The translations under genes and the position numbers were made by a program. The notes beneath the pieces were generated by a model. That model did not search any database. It worked only from the letters and a program-made list of their open reading frames with translations, and was not told the origin of the DNA. This document shows, piece after piece, positions 1-13,580 of a stretch of DNA of 64,000 nt; within the stretch, counting starts at the first letter, position 1, and each line of letters opens with the position of its first letter. The stretch is taken from positions 6,030,519 to 6,094,518 of the forward strand of contig NC_068998.1 of the NCBI RefSeq assembly GCF_001194135.2. The letters run 5' to 3'. This DNA comes from Octopus bimaculoides. Taxonomy: Eukaryota.

Positions 1-1461
1 TTATCAAAGGATGTTTTTCATATAAGTGAAAGCAGTTTTACTGTTGTAATTGTTAAATGAAATTGGATTGTGAGCTTGGCTTGATAAAATGGTATGTAAC
101 CATTTTACTAAACAAAACAGACTTTAGATGCACATAAGATGGTTAGCTCAATGGTTAGGTATGATCCACAGATCCAGATATGCCCTGCAAAGATGTGTAA
201 TTGATTAAATAGCTAGCAGTATATTTATTAGTGTTGTTTACTTTATGGAGTTCAGAGAGATTACAAGGCTACCTTAACCCTTTTGATACAAAACTGCCAA
301 CAAAGCACAGGTTAGGAGAGAGACTGGTATAACATTACCTTCAGTAAACCAGAGACTTCGTTAGTATCAATTTTAAAATATTTCTATTGGGAATTATGGA
401 AAATAAGAGGAGAGAGAGAGAGCATGAAAGAATAAGTTTAATCCTTAAATCATTTTATGAATAACAATTAAACAAAAATCATTTAAATGAACAAAAATGG
501 ATTAAAATTCCAGCAAATGGATTTTCTTTTTTTTTTAATCTTTATTCTGTGACCTTGTTGTGAAATCAAGTATATGTGAAGATATCAATTTAGGTTTTCA
601 ATAACTCAGCTGTGGCATGGATTGTACTTTTGAAATTTGGACTAAAGAATTGTAGTCTTTTTATAGCAGGGATTTTAGAACTGATTTGGATAATTAAGTA
701 GACTGATTATAGTTAATGCATAGTATTTGATAAACTAGCATTAAGCTAAGATCATTCCACAGTTAGACACCTAAACCGAATTCAAGCCCACATGAGGACA
801 TGTGGATTTTGCCGCCTTGCTGGATTGTGTAGTGTGATGTGTTGAGCTGGTAGGGTTTGGAAAGCTAAATGTCATGTGACTGGCAGTTTTTAATTATTTA
901 TACAAATGTAGGGGGGCAGGCAGGCAGGCTTTTAGTTGTACATGTGTCACATACGTAGTCATATATATATATACATCCAGATAGATTCTTATGCATAAAT
1001 TTTATTATGCTTTTTGCTATCCATCACAAACCACAATGATGACAACAAGAACAACTAGATCTAAAACATAAACAATTGACTGGGCATTGTGAAGCCTTCG
1101 GTGATGCTCTTCATTCAGACAGGAGTTTCGTTTGGTTCCTTCTCCATCCACTTTTGATCAGACAATTGCAACAAGACGGACGAGATTTTTTTTTTTTTTT
1201 TTTTTTTTTTAACAATATCTTACATGGAGAAAATGTTCTTGTTTTTATTTATGTATTTGTGTAGTTCTGTATTTCTAGCTTTGATTTATGTCATTTATGT
1301 TCCTGCTTCTTACGAGCATATCTAATTTGATCAGTATCTTAGAAGTTATGAATTATTCAAGGGCAGATTGTAATATTATTCCATCATTGGAATTGCTTAT
1401 CTGTCTGTCTGCAATATTCAGTTCCAACTTGATAAATTGTCTTTCTATTATCATCATCACT

Positions 1462-1462
1462 G

Positions 1463-1508
<46 letters not shown>

Positions 1509-1575
1509 CATCATTATTATCATCATTGTCATTATTATTATTATTATCATCATTGTCATTATTATTATTATTACT
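1462..1575. repeat. (ATT/ATC)n microsatellite
   Basis: Direct reading. Source of the spurious poly-I/Y/N ORFs. Confidence 0.95.
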
Positions 1576-2434
1576 TCCTGTCTTCCATTTTTTCTTTCTT
1601 CTCAAACCAATCCTCTTTTCTCATGTATTGTTAGATCGTAAGCAATCCTTGCTTGTTCTTTGTGTATGTGATTCATTAATCATGGTCAGACCTTTGCATC
1701 GGCATAGCTGATCAGCTTAGTTACATTCGTTGTTTCTACCCAGTTTATTTGCTACTAGAGAGTAGCAATGGTAAAATAAGCCCCACTCATGTACTCGATT
1801 GGAATCGGTACTCAGCATCCCTGCAATCAATCAATCTCTAACTACATAACTTAAGTTGAAAGGCTTTCTCTGTGCCCACTCCAACTGCTAAAAATAGCAG
1901 CTATATCTCCCTCCTATCATACAGCATCATCTTAGAAATATGGTAATTACACATTAGATAATATAGACCTTGTACAAAGAGATGGGATGGTCAAGGCTGG
2001 GATGTCTTTAATCATCCATGTTTGACCTATGCCTGAACAACAAGAAGCATTTTATACATATATGTGCCTTTTACTTTTTGTTTTTTTACAAGTTAGTAAT
2101 GTGTTTTATGGTTAAAAAAATGGTCACCATGCTGTCAAGGGCTTAAATCCCTTAGTTAGGAAATGGTTGTAGATTGGTAATAGGAATAGCAGCTGCTCGT
2201 GAAATGCTGTTTCAAGTAGGCATTACATGAATTAATCTGTGTGACCCAAGCATGGCCACGGTCTAGTGACTATAAGACGTAAAAGAATATATTTTGCCAA
2301 ACACTAGTCTTTGGTACTTAGTATGCAGTGGATTTCACTTAATTACTTTTGATATAATCTGCACAGCATAAAAGTGTATCACAGTGGGCGGGAGGGTGTT
2401 AGTACATGCCCATTCGTTACACACACGCACACAC

Positions 2435-2478
2435 TCTATCTCGCTCTCTCGCTCTCTCTCTCGCTCTCTCTCTCTCTA

Positions 2479-2568
<90 letters not shown>
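2435..2568. repeat. (CT)n microsatellite
   Basis: Direct reading. Confidence 0.95.
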
Positions 2569-2572
<4 letters not shown>

Positions 2573-2639
2573 TTGAATTTGTTTTCATTATTGTCTTTGT
2601 GTAATTTTTATTGTCCTAAAGTGCAACAGGTGTTGGCTA

Positions 2640-3005
2640 GGCAAATTGTTTTAAGATGCTTGCTTTCCAACAACCTTCTCAGGTTCAATCCTGTGATGTG
2701 TCTTCTATTGGTCCAGGCTGACCAAAGCTTTGTGAGTGGATTTGGTAGATGGAAAGTGAAAGAAGCCTCTGTGTGTGTGTGTGTGCCATCTTGTGATGCT
2801 TGTATACAAGCAGCACCATCGTACAAGCAATGTCATTCATTTCCAGTCTTCTGGAAAAAGGAAAATGTCTGGGCATGGGAAATATAACCAGATGAGGGTT
2901 GGCAACAGAAAGGGTGTCTGGCCATAGAAAAACTGCATCAACAGATTCTGTCTCAGCCATGCAAGTATGGAAAGGTGGACAGTAAGTGATGATGATGGTG
3001 GTGGT
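2640..3005 (+). mobile_element. Family B SINE with RTE-like tail (tRNA head, central domain, (GT)n spacer, tail ending (GAT)n)
   Basis: GACCAAAGCTTTGTGAGTGGATTTGGTAGATGGAAAGTGAAAGAAGCC central domain; GAGGGTTGGCAACAGAAAGGGTGTCTGGCCATAGAAAA...ATGGAAAGGTGGAC..GATGATGAT tail. Confidence 0.8.
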
Positions 3006-5609
3006 GGGTATAGGAAAGTTATGGCATGTAAATGATTTATTTTAGCAATTTTGTTTACTTTTATGATGTTGAATGTCAAGTGAGAATTACGTTTCAACTT
3101 GCCCAGGATCTTTTCTCCCATCATGGAGAGAATGTCTATCTGTAATAATTTATAATTCTTCTCCTCTTATTTTGTTGTACACATTCCGTTCAGAGCTCAA
3201 AATTTAAGTGTAGGAAATACTAGGTAGAAGAATTCTAGCATTAATGGTTCACCTGTAATTCACTCCAGTAATCTGTGATAATCTGTTTACTGAAGCCTTG
3301 TTACTGTATGGGCCTTGTTTAGTTAAAAACCTTGGGATATTTTTATGGATATACAATGAAATGTAAACATGATATGCATTTGTGTTTCTAGCCTTTCTGG
3401 AAGCTAATGGCTTGAAGAATTTTGATAGTTTTCATGATATTTCTGTTTATAGCATATAATTTGTATTTATTTTATTTATTTGGAGAGAGAAAAAAAAAAA
3501 AAAGACGTACAGACAGACTGACAGAGTTTATCACCGGGGAAATATCAAGTTTCCTATCTATAACAACTTGGTCACTTATAATATCCAATATATTATAATT
3601 AAGTACCTAATAGAGTACGATTGATTTATTATTTTTTTTGCTTTTTTAGTGTATTCTGCTGTCCCGTTAAAATAACATTGACCTTCTGCATTAACCAAAG
3701 ATATCTCTGTAAAAATACTATTAGAAAGATAATAATCATTAACGATTGGAAATTCTCTCGTCTTTCATTTCTCAATTATTATTATCATCATCATTGTTGT
3801 TATTNNNNNNNNNNNNNNNNNNNNNNNNNNNNNNNNNNNNNNNNNNNNNNNNNNNNNNNNNNNNNNNNNNNNNNNNNNNNNNNNNNNNNNNNNNNNNNNN
3901 NNNNNNNNNNNNNNNNNNNNNNNNNNNNNNNNNNNNNNNNNNNNNNNNNNNNNNNNNNNNNNNNNNNNNNNNNNNNNNNNNNNNNNNNNNNNNNNNNNNN
4001 NNNNNNNNNNNNNNNNNNNNNNNNNNNNNNNNNNNNNNNNNNNNNNNNNNNNNNNNNNNNNNNNNNNNNNNNNNNNNNNNNNNNNNNNNNNNNNNNNNNN
4101 NNNNNNNNNNNNNNNNNNNNNNNNNNNNNNNNNNNNNNNNNNNNNNNNNNNNNNNNNNNNNNNNNNNNNNNNNNNNNNNNNNNNNNNNNNNNAAAACAAA
4201 ACTGGGTCCCATTGTGAGGAATAAAACAATGAGTAGCATTTCTTTTCTTTTTCACGATTGAATCGATTTCAATGCATCGACCTCTCGTCTTGATTTCATT
4301 GAGAAATTTTGGATAGCTTTATAGCTTTCTACTACTTTACTGTGAAATCCCTAGGTGGTGGAATTTTTGAAAAAAAAGTTTTGATAATTTCATCGAAAGA
4401 CAATTTTTATTGGAAGCCTTTTTCTTTTTTTTTTTTCTTTTTGTGAGGAAAGAAAATGAACAAAATCTGGGTTGATCAACAAATCTTGGATAGCTTTTTG
4501 TAGATTTCCTCTAAATTTCCCATTTTCTGTTAGGAAAATGTGGGCAGACAACATGTTGAATAAAAATGCATGAAATCTGAAACAAAAGCATTTCGTGTGC
4601 GTGTGTGTGTGTGTGTGTGTTGGGAAGGGTGTATGCAAGAGGTCATTTCTTTCTTTCTTTCTTATATATTAATCTCCATTTTTTCTATAACCCTAATTTT
4701 TATCTATTCCTCTTTTGCATAATTTACTAATTTATTTTGTTAAATTTGTGTTTAATTTCTCTCAATTTAGTATGCCCTCTCTCGGTTTTTTTTACTGCCT
4801 GTCTGTCTGTCCCTCTCCGTGTTTCTCATATTGTGCATTTTCAAGTTCAAATCCTGCTCGGTTCCAGACATTTTTATTTATTAGCCATTTATTCTTTTGG
4901 GACTCGATGAAGTAACTATCAATAACAGTAAGATACTGTTGTTAAATTATTTGTCAGAATGTGCATGCACACACACACGCACAATGTGTGTGTTTGCTTA
5001 TGTGGCCATTCCATGTCACAATACAATTTATAATGTTACATCACTTCAATGTTCAATAATTTACATACTTATAAGGAAGTGTTGAATCGGAGGAAACTCG
5101 ATATTTGCCATAAAGCTAAGTGTGTTCTTTGTCACTGTCACAAATCATATTAGCACCATTTATTTTAGTCATCCAGTTCCAATCTGTCATTAATATTGTT
5201 TCATACTTTAATCTCTCTCTCTCAGCGTATATTTAAATGTATGCAAATGTCTACAGTTCAACTGTCATTCTGCAGTCCTAATTTTTGTCACATTCTTGGA
5301 GTGCCCTTGATCTGTCAAAGTGTTGGGAAGTTGACAAATGATAGACTGATGGAAGTTTGTATGGAAATATTCCAGTGAGTTCTAATGTTTTTAATTTAAC
5401 CCCTTGTTCTTTCTTGATCACTTTATAACTTTGCTAGCAGAATTTGCATGTCAGTATTTACGTGTTCAAAATGACCGAGAAATCTTGCAACAATTTTTGC
5501 ATGTTGCTGCAAAATCTATCATCACCACATTATTGACAACCTCTGGCAAAAATAGTGAACAATATATTGTGGCATTATTATTAAAAGGAACAAGACTGCA
5601 AGCAAGTAG

Positions 5610-5730
5610 AATCATTAGCTCAGTGATATTTCTTCTAGTTCTTAACATTTTGAGCTCCAATCCTACCAAGATCAACTTTGCTTTTTATTCTTTCAGGATT
5701 GATAAAATAAAGTACAACTTAACCCATTGG
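5610..5730 (+). mobile_element. Decayed family A SINE
   Basis: TTGAGCTCCAATCCTACCAAGATCAACTTTGCTTTTTATTCTTTCAGGATTGATAAAATAAAGTAC. Confidence 0.6.
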
Positions 5731-5926
5731 TGCCCACGGTCCTTTTTTTAGGACCAGAAGGATAATCCATCATATTTCTGCAGCATCTGTATTTTTCTGA
5801 GATATCTTTAATTAGTCATCAAGACTGAAGTGTCTTTCAAATATTGTAATAAAACATTTTAAACATTGTAATAAAACAGCCAAATCCTTGTGAGTGGTTT
5901 TAGTAACAGAAACTGAAAGAAGCACA

Positions 5927-5975
<49 letters not shown>

Positions 5976-8185
5976 AGATATTGTATGATAGCTGTAAATG
6001 AGTGTTAGCATTGTATAATTGCATTTATGTCCAATCTTACATGAAAGCATGTCATTTCATTGTGAAATATTAACTAGCTTGGCAAAAAGTGAGGGTTAGT
6101 AATAGGAGGAGCATCTGGCTATAGGAAATCTATATTAATGAATTCTGTATGACCCATGCAAGCATGTAAAAGCTACTATAATGATGATGATGCCACCCTA
6201 TACTCTCCAATGTTTAGTTTATTTCTAAATGGTTGTGTAGTGAAGGATTTTTTTTGACTGCTATATCTAGCAGCCAAAGAATGTAGAGGCTCATTCTTTA
6301 GTTTGAGATCTCCCATTGATATCGGTATATATGTAATGTAAGGCAAATAATAATGGAAATTAATTTTGGTAGCATTTGTCTGTGCCTCTCCTTCATGGAG
6401 AGGGGAGAAAATTTCCAAAATATAAAGACATGGAAAGATGTATTTGATCCCCCACCACAGTCCTTCTGGTTATTGATTATCCTTGGGGGTGGGGTCAGAA
6501 GAGAGGTGATTCCAAGATTCCACATCTCTGACATGTAGTTTGGCTTCACTCTAACGTTTGGTCATTGTTTTAACAACGGTAATATCTTTTTTTGCAAGAC
6601 CTGCTGCCCCGTTTGAAAACCATAGTTGGAGAGCCAGATTTCACTGATAAACGAACCAGATGAAGTTTGTCAGTAAAACTTCTTTTGTCATCCAAAGCAT
6701 ATGGCAGCATTTGTCAAATAGAATCTTAGTAGTAAATTGACTCTGTGAAATTGCTGTGGTGTATATACTGCAGCCCCTTTTAAATTTGGTTTCCTTTCCA
6801 TTTTCTCTCACTTTCTCATGCCCTCTACCCCACCCCTCACTCACACACGCACACATACACACACACACACACACATACACACATACATATACACATTCTA
6901 AGATAGAATTTACTCATCTACATATCTGAGAAGAACCACTTGAGAAAGACATGTCATTAGAAACTGTCAAGTTGTTTCCTTATGTTCTGCTGGTATTTGT
7001 CTGAAGCAGTTTTGTAATTCCTGAGAAAAGTTTAATTATTATGCTACGACTTCTAATTCCTTGCTATAAATTAACTACTGTGTGAAGGTGGTTATTATTG
7101 GTTGTGTATGTGTATAAACCTTATCCAGCAGTAACCATTTTCACATGGTGATTAATGTGTGTGTGTGTGTGTGTGAGTGTTTTACAGCTGTTTTCTCATG
7201 GTGGCATAGGTTTGATGGGTTTTCCAAAACAGTGCTCTCTGGATGGATGCCCTTCCTGTTGCCAACCCTTCTAAATACTGCTTTTGAAGGGCACACTGTG
7301 TCTATTCTAAAACTATAATGCATAGCACTCTATTTTTGTATTGAATGCTTTCTTCTTCTCACTTGTCTATACATCCATCTCTCTCTCTCCACACACATTT
7401 ATATGTAGATGTGCACACACACACACACTCCCACACACATACATACATATAGTCATAAATGACAGAGAGGTAGTTTGCTGAAATTTTAACGATAAGAAAA
7501 TTCATATATCACAACAAATTGTTTCATAACTTAAAAGCATGTAAATAGTTTATATTATATTTAATAATAAATTACTTACATGTCTGTGTTAATGCAAATT
7601 ATTTGTTTTCTCTTGTATCATACTACATCTATGTTTTGTAGAATGATACATTGAGTTTTATTTGAATCCATATATTGTGATTTAAATATGTGTGTGTGTG
7701 TGTGTATATACACACATGTATGTATATGCACATATACACACCCTCATATACTGTTTTTATATGTTGATTATATTTATTTTGAGTATGATGCTGACTCAAA
7801 TATATTGCAACCTCCATTCTTTTGTCTCTAAAAATCTTTTAGATGTAAGTTAAAATTTTTGCATAAGTGAGCAAGATGTCCCTGTTTTGCATCTATACTT
7901 TCATTTTATCTATATCTCCCAAAGATTTCTGTTTTACTGTTAGAATATATCAGCAATGTAACTGTCGCGTTTTAAACCGTGATATTTTCAAGTAGATAAT
8001 CATTTTAAACATTATAGCCGCGCATGACCTGTGCACTAACAGAACTGATTGGCTGTTAGATGTATAGGTAAGTAGTTCCTTAACTACAATGAAGTGTAAT
8101 CATTAGTTGTTGGATGTCACAAGTCTACCACCCTGTGTTTTTTTTTGTTTTGTTTTTTTTCAAAGACCTGTTGGGTTTATTGCTG

Positions 8186-8218
<33 letters not shown>

Positions 8219-8643
8219 CTTTTTAACACTCATTTGTAACAATACAGCCACCTTTGACCCTGTTTTCTTGTATTAATTTTTTTCTTCGTATACACACATA
8301 AATGTTTAACCTTTCTCGTAACAAGTCTCTTTTTTTTCATTGAGCACTGAGAAATTCGATATTTTTTTAATTGCTTTAACAATTATAAAAAATCCCCATG
8401 GCCAATACATATATATATATAATAAATGTGTGTGTGTGTAAAATACACACACATACACAATATACCTCTGCAATAAATGTGACCAGAAAGTAGTGTAAGA
8501 TGATGAACAGTGTACCCCTCTCATGAGGCAAGAAATTTGTACTTCATCACACACGGATCCATGGAAATTAAATCTCTGAGACAATCATTCTCAACATCTA
8601 AGTGCTTGCCGTTGTGATCTTTCTCTCTTTCTTCCCTCTCTTC

Positions 8644-8873
8644 TTAACTCTCTCATTACCACAGTTTTGTTGAAATATGCTGGCTTTGTTTCAATTAGTG
8701 CTAAAAATAATGAAGACATTTTGTAAAATAACTGTCATTAATAAGCTGAGGTTTTGAACATAAATTAACATGCAATTTTAATGGAAAACTTTAAATCTCG
8801 ACCTCTTTAAAACAGGAGGTTTGTATCTGAGAACCAGGATGCTTTTCAGATGGGTTAATATCAAAAGGGTTAA
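8644..8873. mobile_element. TTAA-flanked MITE, family G (230 bp)
   Basis: TTAACTCTCTCATTACC ... TTAATATCAAAAGGGTTAA: imperfect TIRs and TTAA at both ends. Internal sequence is unrelated to family F. A similar end TTAACCCTTTTGATAC occurs at ~274. Confidence 0.6.
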
Positions 8874-9228
8874 GGTTCTTTTTACTGCTGTGTCAGCTTC
8901 AAGTGGCGACACTCTCTTTGCTTCAGGGCAAGCATCCAGTCTTATGGACTATGCTACTATACTTCAATGTTCTTTAGTTTTATTAGTTTGTGTTAAATTG
9001 TGGCCCACTTGTATAGTTAGTGGTCTGTGAATTATGAAAGAGACATTCAGCTCTAAATATTGTCTGATCCAACTATAATTTTTTTTTCTCATTTATGGCT
9101 ATGCTAGAGCACCACCTTCCAAGGTTTTAATTAGCTGTATCAACCCCAATAATTTGTCTGATTTTCTTTTTATCAATCTCTTTATCAAGTGATTGAAATC
9201 ACCTAAGTTGAATGAATACAATTTACCC

Positions 9229-9274
<46 letters not shown>

Positions 9275-9419
9275 CAAATTCCACTCACAAAACTTATGAC
9301 AATAACAGCTGTTGCCTGTGTCCAACAAATTGCAAATATCCAAATTTTGTAGAACTTGTCTGATGATAAAAATGACATCTACTGTATTTTCCTTTTCTAG
9401 AAAATACTATGTAACACAA

Positions 9420-9835
9420 GCACGTCTGTGTAGTTAAGAAGTTTGTGTTGTAACCATATGGTTTCAGGTTCAATCCCACTGTGCAACACCTTGGACAAGT
9501 TTCTTCTATACCTTTGGACTGACCACAGCCGTATGAGTGAATTCAGTAGATAGAAAATAATAGAAGCCCACCATGTGTGTGTGTGTGTATGTATGCTACT
9601 GTCCCCATCTCTTCACATCATATCGTGGTTGTAAATGAATGTCACCATCATACAAGTGGTGTCATTTGTTTCTAATCTATGCAAACATACCTGGCCATCG
9701 GGAAATATTACCTTGCTTGAAAACAGGTGAGGGTTTGTGACAGGAAGGTCTTTTGACTATAGGAAAATACGTCTCTATGAATTCCATCCAACCTAAGCAT
9801 TGGAAAATGAACATTAAAATTGGGGTGGTGATGAC
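9420..9835 (+). mobile_element. Family B SINE, RTE-like tail
   Basis: GGTTCAATCCCACTGTGCAACACCTTGGACAAG head; GGAAATATTACCTTGCTTGAAAACAGGTGAGGGTTTGTGACAGGAAGG tail. A decayed minus-strand family B piece lies head-to-head at ~9060-9300. Confidence 0.8.
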
Positions 9836-10350
9836 TTTTTTAAAAACTAATACTGTAATGCCAATCTGTTCTGAATTGAATGGAGACCATTAGCTGAAAT
9901 ACTTTTATGGTACTTCAGTTTCTACAGTTTGGTAGTCACTTCAGACAAGAATGTGGTTAAATACACTAGTGCTAAATTAGGTTATTTGGGCCAAGGAAGC
10001 CGAATTTGAATCTAATTTTGTATGGACGTTTGTCTTAGTTATCCTAATCTTTACATGGCTGTATACTAAACCAGCTCTGCTTCGTAGAATGGCTGGTATG
10101 TTGCACTGAAAAGGTTAATTAAAAGTTTCTCCTGTACTTGAGAATAATGTTGCTGTTGTTGTTACTGTCATCATTATTATTGCTACTGAGCAGCTTCATT
10201 TAGAAACCCTTCAGTTTCTCCCCCACCCTTGTCCACCTTACATTGCTCTATATTTCTCTCTTGTTATTCTTTAATTCTGATTATTTCCAAAGTTTTATAT
10301 AAATGTTTCACATTGTATGACATCCTAAGGATATCTCTCTCTCTTCAGAA

Positions 10351-10375
10351 ATAATAATAATAATAATAATAATAA

Positions 10376-10405
<30 letters not shown>
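10351..10405. repeat. Compound (AAT)n-(AGT)n microsatellite
   Basis: Direct reading. Confidence 0.9.
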
Positions 10406-10424
<19 letters not shown>

Positions 10425-11439
10425 CATTACCATATTCCAATATCTTAATTGTGTATCTTCATGTCTAATTAAGAGTAATTATCATGCTCGTTGTGAATTG
10501 TTAAATCAGTTACACACACACACACACACACACACACTCTTTCTCTCTCTTTGTCTTTCTCTCTCTTTGTCTTTCTCTCTCTTTGTCTTTCTCTCTCTTT
10601 CTCTTTCTCTCTCTTTTTCTTTCTCTCTCTTTTTCTTTCTCTCTCTTTTTCTTTCTCTCTCTTTCTCTTTCTCTCTCTTNNNNNNNNNNNNNNNNNNNNN
10701 NNNNNNNNNNNNNNNNNNNNNNNNNNNNNNNNNNNNNNNNNNNNNNNNNNNNNNNNNNNNNNNNNNNNNNNNNNNNNNNNNNNNNNNNNNNNNNNNNNNN
10801 NNNNNNNNNNNNNNNNNNNNNNNNNNNNNNNNNNNNNNNNNNNNNNNNNNNNNNNNNNNNNNNNNNNNNNNNNNNNNNNNNNNNNNNNNNNNNNNNNNNN
10901 NNNNNNNNNNNNNNNNNNNNNNNNNNNNNNNNNNNNNNNNNNNNNNNNNNNNNNNNNNNNNNNNNNNNNNNNNNTCTCTCTCTCTCTCAAAATATTGCAT
11001 TTTTAGTTTTCAACATTATTGCTGCTCTTTGATTAGAGGGTGGATATTTGTGTGAGGTTTCATATTCAGATTTAATTGAACGGGTCTATTTTAATTGAGT
11101 TCAAAGGTTTATCGGTAAGTTAGTAAAGTGTGTATTCACAGACTTACATTATAATTCTATTTTCATTTTATTCCAGGTGTGTGTGTGTGTGTGTGTGGGG
11201 GGAAGGGAACGGGAACAACAACAGATATTTAGCTTTAAAACTTACATAAAACAATTTTACAAATGGCAAGGTTACATGAAACATTTGATATGCTTTAGAC
11301 ATGTTCATACATACTAATGATTAGATCTTTACCAGTAGTTTGTTTATCATGATGACAGATCCATAAGGAAAACGAGATAATTAGGTCTTGTAACTTGTGT
11401 GTTTACTACTACTGCTACTACTACTACTTATTATTGTTA

Positions 11440-12952
11440 TTCGTTAGCAGCATTTTGCCCATTGCTACATTCTGAGTTCAAATTCGTTTGAGGTTGACTT
11501 TGCCTTTCATCCTTTCAGGGTCGATGAGTTAAGTACCAATGAAACACTGGGGCCGATGTAATCAACTAGTCCCCTCTCCTCAAATTTCGAGCCTTGTGCC
11601 TTTAGTAGACAAGATTATTATTATTATTATTACCATTATTATTATAATTAAGGTGGTGAATTGTCAGTCATTAGCGCACTGAGCAAAATGCTTAGTGGAA
11701 TTTCATCCCTCTTTATTTTTTCTGAGTGTAAATTCTGTCAAGGTTGATTTATCCTTTTCATCCTTTTGTGTTAAATAAGTACCAGTTGAGCACTGGGGGT
11801 CAATGTAATCAACTAGTCCCCCCCCCCAAGGACTTTATCATTAAGGGGGCAACCTGGTAGAGTCGTTAGCTTGCTTAGCAGCTTTCCATCTGTCTTCACA
11901 TTCTGAGTTCAAATTCTGCCAAGGTTCTTTTTTGCTAAATAGAATAAGTACCAGTTGAACACTGGGGGTCGATGTAATCGACTTAACCCCCCACTCCCCC
12001 AAATTTCAGGCCTTGTGCCTATATAGCCTAAAGGATTATTAACTTTACTGAAAGCCGTAAACTGGCAGAGTTGTTAGAGAGTTGGACGAAAATGCATAGT
12101 GGCATTTCTTCTGGTTCTTCCCATTCTCAGTTTGAATCTTGCTGACGCTGACATTGCCTTTCATCCTTTCAGTGATAATGAAAATAAGAACCAGTTGAGC
12201 AATGGGGGTTGATGTAATAAACTAACGCCTCCCCTCAAAAGCTGCTGGCTTTGTGCCAGAATTTGAAGCCTTTATTATTATTATTATTATTATTATACTT
12301 AGAGACTTTCATCCTTCTGGGGTCAGTAAAGGACCAGTCGTATATTGGGGTTGATGGTATCAAACCCCACCACCACCGCCCAAATTACTAGCTCTGGGCT
12401 TAAATTTAGAAATTATCATTATTGAATGCGATGAGCAGGCAGACTTGGAGTGGCAGGAAAAGAGCACTTTCCAACATTTCTTCTGACTCTTTACATTCCC
12501 AGTTCAAATCTCACCGAGGTCAGCATGACCTTTCCTCCTATTGTTGATAAAATACCATGATAGTCACAAAGTCAGTGCAATCAATTCCCACGAATTGCTG
12601 GCCTTGTGTCTAAATTGAAATGGATTGTGATATTCCTTCTGGTCTTCATGTTCTGAATTGAAATTGGTTGCCATGGTCAACTTTGCTTTTCTTTCATCCT
12701 TCCAGGGCCTTCATCCTATATTAGAAATGAGCTGGCAAAGCCACTCCCATGCCAGACAAAATGCCTAACAACATTTCTTTCATTTTTACATTCTGAGTTC
12801 AAATTCTGTCATGGTTGACTTTGCTTTTCATCCTTTCTGGGTTGATAAAATAAGTACCAGTTGAGAACAGGGGTCAAGGTAATCAACTAACCCACTTCTT
12901 TACAATTTCAGGCCTTGTGCATATGGTAGCTGTAGTAGAAAGGATTATTATG
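11440..12952 (+). mobile_element. Head-to-tail array of ~8 tRNA-derived SINE copies (family A)
   Basis: Repeated core TTCTGAGTTCAAATT...CTTTGCCTTTCATCCTTT..GGGTTGATAAAATAAGTACCAGTTG..CACTGGGGTC.ATGTAATC.ACT...GGCCTTGTGCC, with B-box-like GAGTTCAAAT and (ATT)n spacers. Units start near 11440, 11651, 11844, 12051, 12300, 12424, 12630 and 12724. Confidence 0.9.
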
Positions 12953-12999
12953 GAAGGCATTTGATTAGCATAATCTAACTTGGGTACATGGCTATAAGT

Positions 13000-13095
13000 A
13001 CAGGAAAGGAAGCAATTGATTCAAGTGATTCCTTTCGGTGACTTGTACTGTGTTGCCCTTGGAATGGTGAAAGGCAAAGATGACCTCAGCAAAAA
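13000..13095 (-). mobile_element. Partial family A SINE, inverted relative to the adjacent array
   Basis: GGAATGGTGAAAGGCAAAGATGACCTCAGC is the reverse complement of the family A core. Confidence 0.6.
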
Positions 13096-13460
13096 GAGAC
13101 AATAACTACTGTTGTATGACATTTTCTCTGTTAGTTCTATAGTCAAAGTACTAAGTGTCAGCATGTTCTGTTTAATAGTTTATAATTAATACTGTTCACT
13201 AATGAGTAATTAGGTCAATTGAGTTTAAAGAAGTGAGAAAGAATGGAAGGTAAGGAAAAGGCTGTTGTAATAAAATGCCTCTTGTAGGTTATTATCGAAG
13301 ATAGATGTGGGAAGGGAGATGATTAAACTCAGGGACTTGACTCGGAGTCGGCAACTCAATCCACCAAAATGTTTTTTTGTCCTTTTGGTGCCTTCCTCAA
13401 CTGCCAGATAAATATCTTTACCTCTGTCTAATACAGTGGCATAATATCATTGAATAGTTC

Positions 13461-13493
13461 CGCGCGCGCGCACGCGCGCACGCGCACGCACAC

Positions 13494-13578
<85 letters not shown>
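13461..13578. repeat. (CG)n grading into (CA)n; 118-bp uninterrupted pyrimidine-purine alternation
   Basis: CGCGCGCGCGCACGCGCGCACGCGCACGCACACAC...CA. Confidence 0.95.

Positions 13579-13580
<2 letters not shown>

Noticed and set aside
1076-1264. ORF containing LIRQLQQ, similar to WHD IIRQLSS
   Set aside because: Flanking residues do not match and the frame runs into poly-T with no suitable donor.
5404-5751. 115-aa ORF
   Set aside because: The 3' half is a SINE and there is no recognisable protein similarity.
11070-11120. ttcag|...ATCG|gtaagt exon-like segment
   Set aside because: Stops in all three frames and it lies within what should be a coding-region intron.
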